A DNA stretch of 63,535 bases from the IMG/VR virus record IMGVR_UViG_3300021446_000257, positions 1-63,535 of that record; one strand, given 5' to 3'. The notes under the pieces are model-generated. The model searched no databases. It saw only the letters and a list, made by a program, of their open reading frames with translations, and was not told where the DNA came from. The stretch comes from a virus. Lineage: Duplodnaviria > Caudoviricetes. The translations under genes and the position numbers were made by a program. Positions 8,468-18,128 of the stretch are shown here, piece by piece. The stretch's first letter is position 1, and each line of letters begins with the position of its first letter.

Positions 8468-8859
8468 TCGTCGTCGAAGTTCTCCGCGATGTCCTCCGCC
8501 ACACTCCGCCGCCACTCGACCAACGGCTGGCAGGCCTCGGCGAGGTCGCTAACGACTGGAGCGAGTGTTTCTGCGAGGTTTGCTTGGAACGCTCGGGCCG
8601 CTTCGACAGCCTCACGAGCGCCGAACGTGTACCGTCTCACGGCCGCCTTGAGCGTGACCGTCTCGCCGGCCTCGAACTGCGCGGCGGCGAGTTCGTTGAC
8701 GGCGATCGCGCCCGCGCGATCCCTCGGGGCCGCCTCGCGGAGCCCGTCGTAGACCTCGCGCTGGTCGTCGTCAAGGTCGCTCGGTTGGAACTGCGGGGCG
8801 AGTATTTTCCTGCCCTGTTCGGCTTCGACTCGGAATGTTGGTGTTTCGTCGTCAGTCAT
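8464..8859 (-). CDS. Hypothetical protein
   Basis: MTDDETPTF start with ATGA coupling. Confidence 0.65.
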   Translation of the reverse strand: MTDDETPTFRVEAEQGRKILAPQFQPSDLDDDQREVYDGLREAAPRDRAGAIAVNELAAAQFEAGETVTLKAAVRRYTFGAREAVEAARAFQANLAETLAPVVSDLAEACQPLVEWRRSVAEDIAENFDDE

Positions 8860-9005
8860 GCTGTTTTCCCTGCAAGGTTGAAATTCATACGCTGGCCACA
8901 CTCCTCACAATCTTTCTCGTGCTCTTTGCAGAGATCGACAACGCAAGCGGGGAGCGCGCCTGTGGCCTCGCAGCTCGGACACTCATATTTAACTTCACTC
9001 GGCAT
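8856..9005 (-). CDS. Zn-finger microprotein (49 aa)
   Basis: MPSEVKYECPSC...CEECG; read manually. Confidence 0.68.
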   Translation of the reverse strand: MPSEVKYECPSCEATGALPACVVDLCKEHEKDCEECGQRMNFNLAGKTA

Positions 9006-9204
9006 CGTTGATCACCTCTTGGCCTATGCATCCTTCGTGGGAGTGGTCGGTACAGGTTGGCCGGTATTCGTGCATGACGCCGGCCCACCACTGAGCTTCG
9101 TTATCACAACCGTTGATCAGACACCGCGGCCCCTCGCCGGAGGGGTAGAGCTTGCCGGTGCGTGACGGGTATTCGCCGCCGTTTGCAGGTTCGGTGTCAG
9201 TCAT
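8995..9204 (-). CDS. Small Cys/His hypothetical protein
   Basis: CLINGC...CTDH. Confidence 0.58.
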   Translation of the reverse strand: MTDTEPANGGEYPSRTGKLYPSGEGPRCLINGCDNEAQWWAGVMHEYRPTCTDHSHEGCIGQEVINDAE

Positions 9205-9568
9205 TGTTGTCACCCGCCATTGGACCGACCCCTTCGTCCGTGAGCAGCCCCGCGCTGACGGCATCGGCCGCTGCTTGCATCTTTCGATAGGACTCCTCGT
9301 CTTGCCGATCCAACCGTTTTATCTGGGAGTCGGTGATGTGCTTGTGCACGACGTCCCATCCGATGAAGTCATAGGGGTTGTCGCCGTCCCACTCCGCGAG
9401 CGCGTGCTGCCACGCCTCCTGCTGGCCGTCGCGTTCCTGCTCGGCCCGTTTCTCGGTTGCGAACGGGCCTCTAAGGTGCACGGAGAGCGGGTTGTCACGG
9501 TCGTATACGACGGTCGCTTCGATGACGAACCACGCCTCGTAGGGCGGTGTGTCGTTCTTGTCAGCCAT
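9197..9568 (-). CDS. Hypothetical protein
   Basis: Acidic ORF, overlapping coupling. Confidence 0.65.
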   Translation of the reverse strand: MADKNDTPPYEAWFVIEATVVYDRDNPLSVHLRGPFATEKRAEQERDGQQEAWQHALAEWDGDNPYDFIGWDVVHKHITDSQIKRLDRQDEESYRKMQAAADAVSAGLLTDEGVGPMAGDNND

Positions 9569-9863
9569 CGTTGATCGCCTCCGGGTCCGGCACGCCGCCG
9601 CGCACGCTCAGGTCTGCGTCGTCGAGCGCCGCCTTCCCGTCGTTGAGGGCCACCTCGCCGCGTCCGACCGCGTTGCCGATGCTGGAGATTCGCAGGATGT
9701 TCTCCATCCGATAGGAGCCTTCCCTACTCACGGCAACGATCCACCGCGCGAACGCGTGACAGTAGTCTTGAAACTCGGCCGGCGTTTCCGGGTCCTCGAA
9801 ACTGTCGTAGCGGTCAAGCACCTGGTGATCTCGGTCTTTGAGGATCGGTTCCTCACGGTTCAT
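9561..9863 (-). CDS. Hypothetical protein
   Basis: Acidic ORF, overlapping coupling. Confidence 0.62.
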   Translation of the reverse strand: MNREEPILKDRDHQVLDRYDSFEDPETPAEFQDYCHAFARWIVAVSREGSYRMENILRISSIGNAVGRGEVALNDGKAALDDADLSVRGGVPDPEAINDG

Positions 9864-10086
9864 CGCACACCACCTCTTGAATGGCTTGGTGAGCTTCGGG
9901 GAAGTGCTCGCGCAGAACCTCTACGTCGTCCTCGAACTGACGCTGAATTCGGAGCCTGACGAGCGACCTGACTTTGTATTCGTAGTTGTCGGTGGCGTCA
10001 CTCTCGCCAGCCAGCACCCCGCGCTCGGCCTCGGTGAGCAACGCACGCCCTTCTTCGGTCACATGCTCCGTTTTGGTTGCAGCCAT
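9853..10086 (-). CDS. Small putative regulator of haloarchaeal mobile elements
   Basis: RALLTEAER.VL.GE...DNYEYKVRS.VR.RI; divergent from SWIM copy 2. Confidence 0.65.
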   Translation of the reverse strand: MAATKTEHVTEEGRALLTEAERGVLAGESDATDNYEYKVRSLVRLRIQRQFEDDVEVLREHFPEAHQAIQEVVCDEP

Positions 10087-10282
10087 GTAATACCTCATGT
10101 GGTAAGTATGCCCACGCGCCTTAGTATCTTACGACAAGCCGTATCTACCGCAGGAGGTGTATACCGTATGGCGTAAGTCTTAATAGGCCGGGGCTATAGG
10201 CTATGGTATGGGCGCAGGAACTGCCGAGAAGCGATTTCGGCCCCGCGTTGCACCGCGGGACCTGTGCCTTGTGGAGCAAGGC

Positions 10283-10909
10283 ATGAACGCTACGGCCCAC
10301 ACCGTCAATGAATCTGACGGCACGACTCACGGCATCGACGAGGACCGCTACGTGCGCGCGGTTCGCGAGACCATGACCGTCACCGAGCTCGGCCCGGCGA
10401 CCTACGAGGTCGCTCACGAGGGCGAGACCTACGGCGTCGATCTCGACGGCATCCACTGCACCTGCCCTGACCACGAGTACCGCGACGCGCGGTGTAAACA
10501 TCTCGTGCGGGCAGCACTGTTCGCGGCGTTCACCAACGGCGTTCGCACCCGCTTCACGGCGGCGGTCGTGCGCGCCGCGGATGACTTCGGCTGTGTCGAC
10601 GGCCACGCCGACTGTGCGGGTCCGACCGGCGACACACTGCCCTGCCAGACCTGCATCCACGGGACCGGCACGGGCGAATGGACCGTTTGGGCAGTGCTGG
10701 TTGGCGGTCGGCCTGCGCGAGAGGTCACGCCCGATGCGACCGTCGACCGCGGCGAGGGCACGCGCGACCAGGATAAAATCAAAGCGAAGACGAAAGGCGC
10801 GACGCTGGAGGACGCCCGCGAGGACATGGACCAACTCAAACCGTGGCTGCGGGCGCTCGCCGAAGATGTCCGTGAGTGGCAGCCGGGTGATGATGGGGAT
10901 GGCGGATGA
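10283..10909 (+). CDS. SWIM Zn-finger protein, copy 2, with a different C-terminal module
   Basis: HCTCPDH...CKH; N-terminus nearly identical to 4561-5232. Confidence 0.8.
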   Translation: MNATAHTVNESDGTTHGIDEDRYVRAVRETMTVTELGPATYEVAHEGETYGVDLDGIHCTCPDHEYRDARCKHLVRAALFAAFTNGVRTRFTAAVVRAADDFGCVDGHADCAGPTGDTLPCQTCIHGTGTGEWTVWAVLVGGRPAREVTPDATVDRGEGTRDQDKIKAKTKGATLEDAREDMDQLKPWLRALAEDVREWQPGDDGDGG

Positions 10910-11253
10910 CCGACGAGACCACCGTTCGCCAGATCCTCAGCGGCCACGAACTGCCGGAGGGGCCGACGTGCGACGTGTGTCTGTCGCGACTCCGCGAGGG
11001 GGCACGCATCGGCGTGCTCGCCATCCGCGCCGACGGCGAGACCGGCTGGCGCATCGATCACATCTACTGCCGCGAGCACGCGCTCGATGAGGTGCCGGTG
11101 CTTCCGCTCGGTGAGACGGCGATCGCCGACGCCGATCTCGGCAGCCTCGTGAACACCGGCCAGCAAACCCACGCACCCGCGCTGGTGGACGTGACGATCG
11201 AGGACTGCGCGCTCGGCGAGCAGAACGACCGCAAGGCGGCCCAAGAGCCATGA
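10906..11253 (+). CDS. Hypothetical Zn-binding protein (paralogue of 29795-30163)
   Basis: VRQILSG..CDVC..LREG..W....YC. Confidence 0.7.
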   Translation: MTDETTVRQILSGHELPEGPTCDVCLSRLREGARIGVLAIRADGETGWRIDHIYCREHALDEVPVLPLGETAIADADLGSLVNTGQQTHAPALVDVTIEDCALGEQNDRKAAQEP

Positions 11254-11495
11254 CCGACGACTGCGACCCGATCATCGTGGCCGGTGACGACGCGGTGATC
11301 TTAGAGGAGCCCGCCGACTCGGAGGACGACGACAGCGAGCGCGCGACGCTCGATGAGTTCGGCATCGTGCGATGACGAGGACGACGGGCCGCGGAGCTGA
11401 CGGCGTGGGTGGCGCTTTCAGTCCAACCCTATCAATTCACTTCCGAAAGGCTTAAGTACGTACCACTATTAGGTGGTAGTAGAGGGAGACAGAAG

Positions 11496-11846
11496 ATGAC
11501 CGACGACACTACCACCGACGAAGTGCTCGACGACGTGCTTCACGAATACGTCCGCGCCACCTGCAACGGGTTCGCGTTCAACTACGCCGACGACCACGAG
11601 AACGTCGTCGTGCGCGTCTGCGAGGTCGAGGGGGGCGGCGTCCAACACTGCTACGTTTACGACGCCGACCGCGATCTCATCATCGATCCCACGCTCGGCC
11701 AGTTCGACGGGCTCGAACCCAGCGTCTGGGAGGGCGACGAGCACCCCCACGAACTCTGCCGGTGGAGCGAGCACACCGACCACGACTCGTTCGCGGCCGA
11801 ATACGACGCCCCCTGGAGCCCGTTCGTGGTTTCGGGTGATCGCTAA
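11496..11846 (+). CDS. Putative papain/transglutaminase-fold protein
   Basis: C(NGFA)...H(CYV)...D(PT.GQF) triad-like spacing; TATA-like TTAAGTA upstream. Confidence 0.55.
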   Translation: MTDDTTTDEVLDDVLHEYVRATCNGFAFNYADDHENVVVRVCEVEGGGVQHCYVYDADRDLIIDPTLGQFDGLEPSVWEGDEHPHELCRWSEHTDHDSFAAEYDAPWSPFVVSGDR

Positions 11847-12307
11847 TGGACGCCCCCACCGAGATCAAGGGCGGCAACGCCCGCCCGTTCCGCGTGCTGA
11901 TCGGCGAACAGGAGGCCGGGGTCGAATATTTCGAGCCGTCGGCGGACGCGGTGGTGTTGCTTGAACCCGACGGGGCTGGCGGGATGCGGTCGGTGGGGGG
12001 CGACGGCTGGCTCCCCATTGAGGGCTCCGTCGGCGAGCACATCCAGCAGACTGAATCGGAGTGGGCCGACTACCGCGACCTTTCGACGTTCGGGCGGGCG
12101 ATGGCCGACGCCGCGACGATGATCGACACCGACGCGATCACGCGCCGGCAAGCCGAGTGCGTGGCGTTGCTCGACATCCACGGGGCGTCGCCCGCCCAAG
12201 CCGCCCGGTGGCTCGGGCTCGCGAATCAGACGGTCCAAAACCATGCGAGCCGTGGCCGCGAGGCGATCGACGGGGCGCGGGAGCTCATTGATTTCGTTGA
12301 GGGATGA
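11846..12307 (+). CDS. Protein with C-terminal sigma70-region-4/LuxR-like HTH
   Basis: ITRRQAECVAL...SPAQAARWLGLANQTVQNH. Confidence 0.72.
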   Translation: MDAPTEIKGGNARPFRVLIGEQEAGVEYFEPSADAVVLLEPDGAGGMRSVGGDGWLPIEGSVGEHIQQTESEWADYRDLSTFGRAMADAATMIDTDAITRRQAECVALLDIHGASPAQAARWLGLANQTVQNHASRGREAIDGARELIDFVEG

Positions 12308-13464
12308 CCGAGTACGTCGCCGCCCCCCACCGAGAGTGTCACTCTTGTCGTCAAGAGTATAATTCTCTCGCCCAGCACTGGGCGAAGAGCGACTGCTCGC
12401 ACCCGTCGCTCTCGAACGGGATGCGCGAGGCTATCGAGGGGCTCCTCGTCGGCGACGGGTCGGTCGATGGCCGCGCCCACGCGAGCGTCGAACTCCAGTC
12501 GGTCCGGCGCGAACACGTCCTCTTTTGTCATCAGCAACTCGGCCCGCTCTCACACGGCGTGACGCGGACCGAGTCCCCGAAAACGGACGGGCCGCTGTAT
12601 CGCCTCCGGACTCATGCCCATCCGGACCTCGATCGCTACTGGCGATGGTCCGAGGCCATCCCGGAGGACGTGACGCTCTCGCGGCGCGGCGCGCGGCTCT
12701 GGTATGCCTGCGACGGCACGATCGAGTTCGGCGGTCGCGCCACCAATCCGAAAATCACCGTCCGAGCCGAGCCGAGCGACCGCCGCGCGACTGCGGCCCG
12801 CCTCCTCCGCGAGCTCCCGATCCCGCTCGATGTCCGCAAAAACGCCGGCCGGGTGACTGTCGTGAGCAAAGCGGTGCCACGGCTCCTCCGGTATCTCGGG
12901 CCGCCGACGCCCGCCAGCACCCACAAGTGGTGTCTCGACGAGCGAGTCTATCGGACCGTCCGCGAGAACCCCGATCCGGTACTGACGGCCGCTATGAGCG
13001 CCGCCGAACGGCACAAAGCACTCCTCGGTGTCGTCGCGGACGCGTTGGGTGTGGGTGCTGGTCTCACCGCCGAGGATTTCGAGGACGCGATCGGCGCACC
13101 GCGGGCGCAGGCGGTGGCCGATAGCCTCGGCGGCGGGTCGTGGGACGATGCCCTGTCCATCGCGGGCGTGCCATCGGCTCAGAATCGGACGTCCAAACCT
13201 CTGGACGGCAGTCTGAGAGACGGAACTATGGCGGAAGGACGAACGGCCGTGATAGCAGCACTCCGGGCCGCCGCTGATGACTGTGGGGAACCCCTCTCGA
13301 TCAGACAGTACGACGAGTGGGCGGGGGAGAACGGCGCACCATCGAAGAATACGGTGTTCTCGAATCGCGGATTCCGTCGGTTCCCCTCTTGGACCGCGGC
13401 TTGCGATGCAGCCGGGGTTGAGCACGGCGGTGGCGGCAAAGCACCGTCCCACGCCGACGAGTGA
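12304..13464 (+). CDS. Free-standing LAGLIDADG-type homing endonuclease with C-terminal helical repeats
   Basis: IEGLLVGDGS and WYACDG motifs; N-terminal CHSC..HW; two ...GSW..A/..FPSW.AA..AAG repeats. Confidence 0.75.
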   Translation: MTEYVAAPHRECHSCRQEYNSLAQHWAKSDCSHPSLSNGMREAIEGLLVGDGSVDGRAHASVELQSVRREHVLFCHQQLGPLSHGVTRTESPKTDGPLYRLRTHAHPDLDRYWRWSEAIPEDVTLSRRGARLWYACDGTIEFGGRATNPKITVRAEPSDRRATAARLLRELPIPLDVRKNAGRVTVVSKAVPRLLRYLGPPTPASTHKWCLDERVYRTVRENPDPVLTAAMSAAERHKALLGVVADALGVGAGLTAEDFEDAIGAPRAQAVADSLGGGSWDDALSIAGVPSAQNRTSKPLDGSLRDGTMAEGRTAVIAALRAAADDCGEPLSIRQYDEWAGENGAPSKNTVFSNRGFRRFPSWTAACDAAGVEHGGGGKAPSHADE

Positions 13465-13569
13465 CGTTTCGCCGTGTCAGCGATGCCACTGCTCGTCTCG
13501 CGCGCTGCAGTACCATCCCGACGCCCAAAACCCGGGGGTGGACGTGGGGAAATCGGCCCCAAAAAGCAG

Positions 13570-14721
13570 CTAGCGTCGCACGTCCGCAAACGCACCCGCG
13601 TCGATCCCCCGCAGCGCCTTGTGGGGGTCGTTGACCTCCACGAGTGCCTGATCCCAGCCCGTGTCGGTGAGCGACGCACACGAGACCTCGGTGTCGCTGT
13701 GGACGTTGACGGTCCCGCCACCGGCTCCCGTCGTCGCGAGCGGGCCGTCGACGTCCACCCTCACACCGGGCCCGAAGGTCACGGTCGTGCCCTTGACCAG
13801 ATTCATCGCCGCTCCGTCGCCGGTGATCGTGCTATCACGAATCTGGTAGTGCCCGCCGTAGGCGTCAAGCGGCACGGCCCCGTCGCCACCCCATCGCTTT
13901 CCGGCGTCGAGTCGACAGCCTCTGATCCCGAGTTCGCCGCCGTAGAGTTGGACAGTGCCTTCGAGCGTGAGCGACTCAATGCGGGCGTTCTGTGCGGTCC
14001 CGGCGTCGAACTGAAAGTTGGCCTGGTTGACCTGCACCGTGGTTCGCTCGCGGCCAGCGCCCCGGAGTCGCCAGTCGGCGGTCTGGTGGACGTCGATCTG
14101 CCCGGCGTTGAGCGCCGACCCCGGCTCGTTGGCGTGGGTGCCCGCCGCGACCGCGATCGCACAGTCGTGCTCGACGCTTCTGGGATCGCAGTTGAGCGCG
14201 TCCTGGATCGTCCCGAGCGGCTCGGCTGCGGTGCCTTTGCCGGTCCCGAACTCGCCGTGGCCGACCCGAAGCGTGCGATCGCCCGACGAGCGCTCCTTGC
14301 GACGGAGGACGCCGTTGGCCGGGTCGGAGGCCTCACCGGCGCGGGCCGTCCACGGCGCGCGCTTCTCGGAGCTTCCCCCTCGATTAGGTGGTGCGTCACT
14401 CGTGTCGCTCTCGTCGTCGCCACCGCCACCGCCGCCGAAGCGAGCGGGCCGATACGCGAGCGCTTCCCCGTGGCTCATCGCTTCGCCGTCGATCTCGACC
14501 TGCACGCCGTCGGGGGCCTCGATCGCGGCGATCCACCCGCGGACCCGATACTCGTCCCACGCGCCCCACACCTCGCCGCTCGCCTGCCACCCCCCGCTGA
14601 TCGAGTCGTTGCCTTCGAGCGAGCCATCCGCTGCGGCGAGCTCGCCGTTGATTTCGATGTCGTACGTCGCCTGTCCGCCGTCGGGCGTGCCGAGCGCGAC
14701 GGTGAAGTCTGGTTCGTTCAT
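13570..14721 (-). CDS. Beta-helix (pectin-lyase-like) protein, possibly virion-associated
   Basis: GTAAEPLGTIQDAL..IAVAAGTH beta-helix cap; Gly-rich linker; located at end of tail module. Confidence 0.6.
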   Translation of the reverse strand: MNEPDFTVALGTPDGGQATYDIEINGELAAADGSLEGNDSISGGWQASGEVWGAWDEYRVRGWIAAIEAPDGVQVEIDGEAMSHGEALAYRPARFGGGGGGDDESDTSDAPPNRGGSSEKRAPWTARAGEASDPANGVLRRKERSSGDRTLRVGHGEFGTGKGTAAEPLGTIQDALNCDPRSVEHDCAIAVAAGTHANEPGSALNAGQIDVHQTADWRLRGAGRERTTVQVNQANFQFDAGTAQNARIESLTLEGTVQLYGGELGIRGCRLDAGKRWGGDGAVPLDAYGGHYQIRDSTITGDGAAMNLVKGTTVTFGPGVRVDVDGPLATTGAGGGTVNVHSDTEVSCASLTDTGWDQALVEVNDPHKALRGIDAGAFADVRR

Positions 14722-14895
14722 GGTTGATGAGTCTCGCACACTGCAGCGCCGCTGGAGCGGCCGCTGTCGGTCGCGAGCGGCCGTAGAGAGCGTACAATCC
14801 GCGGATTGCGCGGGCCCGTGGTCGCTCAGGCCGCCACTCGCGCCCGCACAGCGGCCACCACGCCGGCCGTCAATCTAATCGTCGCGTGCGTGCCT

Positions 14896-15063
14896 TCATG
14901 TCCACTGCAAATCGAAGGCGATCCGAGCGTGGGCGGTGGCGATCATGATCCAGAGGAACGCGACGTATCGATCGCCACGGGACAGAAAGACGATGGACGC
15001 CGTCATCGCGGTCGCCACCACTGCCTTGTCAAAGACGGACAACAAATCGTCGGTCTCGACCAT
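14896..15063 (-). CDS. Small membrane protein
   Basis: Two hydrophobic segments. Confidence 0.45.
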   Translation of the reverse strand: MVETDDLLSVFDKAVVATAMTASIVFLSRGDRYVAFLWIMIATAHARIAFDLQWT

Positions 15064-15151
15064 GCCGGACCGGAGCGACGCAAGCACTTCACCCCACCGG
15101 TCTTACAGATGGTCAACGCCACCGTCTCGGTGTCGGTGGCAGATGTCCTTC

Positions 15152-15409
15152 CTATCGGTCGTCCACGAAGTCCTCGATAATGGCGTCCTTGGCGACAGCC
15201 AGCGCGAGCGTTGTGTTGTTGAGGGACAGGGCATCCTCCATGGCTTGGTTCACAAGCTGCTCTGTGCGCTTTGGCACTCCCCACGATGATTTGAAACGCC
15301 ACTCCGTCGGACCGTCGGGGCTGTCATCGGCAACGACCGACCGAGCGCCGCTGTAATCGCTGTCGAGCGCAAGCGTGCCGTCGTCGTTGAGTGTGACGTA
15401 AAGTGTCAT
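15152..15409 (-). CDS. Hypothetical (tail fibre chaperone-like position)
   Basis: Coupled to the preceding fibre gene. Confidence 0.6.
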   Translation of the reverse strand: MTLYVTLNDDGTLALDSDYSGARSVVADDSPDGPTEWRFKSSWGVPKRTEQLVNQAMEDALSLNNTTLALAVAKDAIIEDFVDDR

Positions 15410-17259
15410 TGGTGTACCACTAACTCGATTTTCTGGTAGCTCCCTTGAGTATCGGTTGCTGAGTTGGGATTCTCGGCCCGCCCGGCAAAAATAAACGGCG
15501 CGCGAGAATCACCCGACGGGAGGTTTGACGTGTGTTCGGCTCGCTGTGTTCCGTCAACATAGTATACTGTTCGCGTCCCAGAAGTGAACTCCATCCGGAA
15601 GTCGTAAGCCCCCGGCGAGGGGGCTGAGTCTATTTGGGTCCGGTTTTTGGTGTTCGAATCGTTCGATACCGCATACAGCGCGCCACTGTCAAACTCAAAC
15701 CCGTCCCACTGATCGTCGTCGCGCAGCAATCCGTTACCGAAGCGGATGATTTCGCCAACGTCGTTCACGCTCACGTAACATCGCCACGATCTATCTCGTG
15801 ACCAATCTTGTATTTCGATTGGGGAAGTGACATCGTTATCGTCACCGGGATAATACCAACACTCTCCCAAAGAGCCCTGCGTTCCGCCAGTTCCGAACAG
15901 AAGCGCTCCCGGTTTGGATACCGCACCGAATCCGGACCCGGATGAGTTGTCACGAAGATATTCGGCCGGTGGCAGGAAATTGAAATGAACCGACTCGGTT
16001 CCAGCGGGGTTGAAGTCCTCCGTGACAGATAGCTCCTTTGTATTGGTCGTCTCGACGTGCGCCGTCGTGACCGGCGAAGACGCGGTGCCGAGGGTGTCGC
16101 CCGAGTGGTCGTGATCGGCGTGGATCGTCAGTACGTTTCCCGCATCGTCGTAGGCGACCTGAGCGTTCGTCCCACCGGCGAGATAGGATCCTACGATGTC
16201 TTGGACTTGCTCGTCGGTGAGCTGCGTGTCGGTATCGGTGGATTCGATGGTGAGTGTGCCGTTCCCATCGTCGTAGGTAACCGACGCCGCACCCGCGGCC
16301 GTGACGAACGCCCCAACGATGTCGTGGACCTCCTCGGCAGTGAGCTGGGTGTCGGTGTCCGTTGCCGACACGTCGATCGTCGCGCCACCGGAGCCATCCG
16401 TACCGACACTCACGGACGCCGCGCCCGAGGCGGTGTGAGTCGTCTCGGTCGGATCGGTTTGGACGACGCCGGACGAATCGGCCACGTCGGCATGGCTATC
16501 GGTCGTCTTCGTGTGGTGGGCGTCGGGAGTGCTCTCGTGTGCCGAAAACTCCGTCTGGGTGAAGGTGTCGAACGATAAGTGCGATTGCGTGATGGTGCCG
16601 TCGGCGTCGGCGATGTAATTAACCGAATGGTCGGCGTTGTCGTGGCCGACCCTCGAATAGTCGGGGGAGTGAGCAGCATCGCCGTGACCCACTTTTGAGT
16701 AGTCAGCCGAATGCGCGGCGTCGCCGTGAGCCTCCGGCGTGAACTCGCTCGGGACGTTCGCCAGATCGCCGTAATCGCCGGAAAACTGGATAGCCACGAG
16801 CGCGCCGTTGGCGTCGACAGCGAGATTCGTGCCAGCGATTTGAGTAACCTTCTGCCCGCCTGTGAGATTGCCGTCGAGAGCATTGGCCGTCAGGGTATCG
16901 ACCGTCCCGTCCTTGAGCGGCGGCTTGACCACATCGCCCCCATCGTCGACCGATGGCCGGACGTGGACGGGTATCGGCTCGTCTTTCGGCAGCGTCGTCG
17001 GATCGTCCGCTCCCTCAGTGACGATCCATTCGGCTTTGTGTGAGGACTTTCGGGAGAGATTAGAGGGTTCCAGCTTGACCGTCGCGGTAGTGCCGTTGAC
17101 GTTCGCCTCTTTGTTGGCGGCTATAGCTCCGCTATAGTGCCGAAGGACATAGTGGACCGTCCGGCCCGAGAGGTCGAGATCGGACGGTGCGCCGTCAAGG
17201 GTTGTCAGATCGGTTTCGACGGTTTCGTGGTCGTTTTGGACCCACTCGTTAGCTGTCAT
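15406..17259 (-). CDS. Tail fibre/receptor-binding protein
   Basis: BppU-like N-terminus, HGDAAHS and TDTDTQLT.E.V.DIVG repeats, lectin-like lower-GC C-terminus. Confidence 0.75.
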   Translation of the reverse strand: MTANEWVQNDHETVETDLTTLDGAPSDLDLSGRTVHYVLRHYSGAIAANKEANVNGTTATVKLEPSNLSRKSSHKAEWIVTEGADDPTTLPKDEPIPVHVRPSVDDGGDVVKPPLKDGTVDTLTANALDGNLTGGQKVTQIAGTNLAVDANGALVAIQFSGDYGDLANVPSEFTPEAHGDAAHSADYSKVGHGDAAHSPDYSRVGHDNADHSVNYIADADGTITQSHLSFDTFTQTEFSAHESTPDAHHTKTTDSHADVADSSGVVQTDPTETTHTASGAASVSVGTDGSGGATIDVSATDTDTQLTAEEVHDIVGAFVTAAGAASVTYDDGNGTLTIESTDTDTQLTDEQVQDIVGSYLAGGTNAQVAYDDAGNVLTIHADHDHSGDTLGTASSPVTTAHVETTNTKELSVTEDFNPAGTESVHFNFLPPAEYLRDNSSGSGFGAVSKPGALLFGTGGTQGSLGECWYYPGDDNDVTSPIEIQDWSRDRSWRCYVSVNDVGEIIRFGNGLLRDDDQWDGFEFDSGALYAVSNDSNTKNRTQIDSAPSPGAYDFRMEFTSGTRTVYYVDGTQRAEHTSNLPSGDSRAPFIFAGRAENPNSATDTQGSYQKIELVVHQ

Positions 17260-18110
17260 AATTGGTGGATGTAGTAGTTACTACCGCCCGAGATGAACCC
17301 GCGGACCGTCCACTGCGAGGTGATGGTCAGCTCGGACTGCCCGTCGATTGTCTCACTGTTCGGCGTGGCTACGGTGGTCGTGTTCGTCGCGTCCGCGAGT
17401 TTGACGTAGACCTCGCTCGTATCCGGTGGCGGTGGGAGCGTCACCGTGACGTCACCGCTGGAAGTGTCCACGACCACGAAGTCCTCATCGGAGGCCGTGT
17501 AGTCCGCACCGACGTTTTTGACTGTGAGGTCGCCCGCGGTCTTGACAGCATCGTTCACGTCAGCCAGATCCGCGAGTTCCCCGGCGTGCGTCACGTCCGC
17601 GCCGTCGGTGATCTTGTTCGCATCCACTTCACGGAGGGTTGCCACGGCCGCGTTGACGTTCGCCGGTACGCGCCGGTCGCGGATGTGCCCTGCTTGGATG
17701 GACTCGGCGTTCTCGGGAAGGTAGACCCCCGCGACGGGCGTCACGTCCCGGCCCGCAAAGGAGGGCGGACTGGGATTTCGCATCACGAACGGGTCCTCCA
17801 CCAGTGGGTCGGGGTCTTCGGCCTCGCCCACCTCGAATTCCAGGTCGCCCGACGCACCGGATTCGGTGTCGACGTAGATCACGCCCTTCCGGGGGTGATC
17901 GGGATCGACGAATCCCGAGACGTCCACCTCCTGTGTAGGCGTGCCGACGTATTCGCCGCCGACGAGTGCCGTAAGGGCGCTGACGTCCACCGAGAATTGC
18001 CCCCCCTCGCTGGCCGCGCCGCCATTGATGATGCCGTACCCGGCGTACTGGTCGAAGAACTGTTTGACGTCGAGGGCCTGTGCTGCCCACTTGTCTTGTA
18101 TCTCGAACAT
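17256..18110 (-). CDS. Tail fibre-associated protein
   Basis: IRDRR motif; C-terminal VDTSSGDVTVTLP..VKL.D..N...ETIDG domain typical of fibres. Confidence 0.72.
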   Translation of the reverse strand: MFEIQDKWAAQALDVKQFFDQYAGYGIINGGAASEGGQFSVDVSALTALVGGEYVGTPTQEVDVSGFVDPDHPRKGVIYVDTESGASGDLEFEVGEAEDPDPLVEDPFVMRNPSPPSFAGRDVTPVAGVYLPENAESIQAGHIRDRRVPANVNAAVATLREVDANKITDGADVTHAGELADLADVNDAVKTAGDLTVKNVGADYTASDEDFVVVDTSSGDVTVTLPPPPDTSEVYVKLADATNTTTVATPNSETIDGQSELTITSQWTVRGFISGGSNYYIHQL

Positions 18111-18128
18111 GATTGTTGATCGAAAAGG

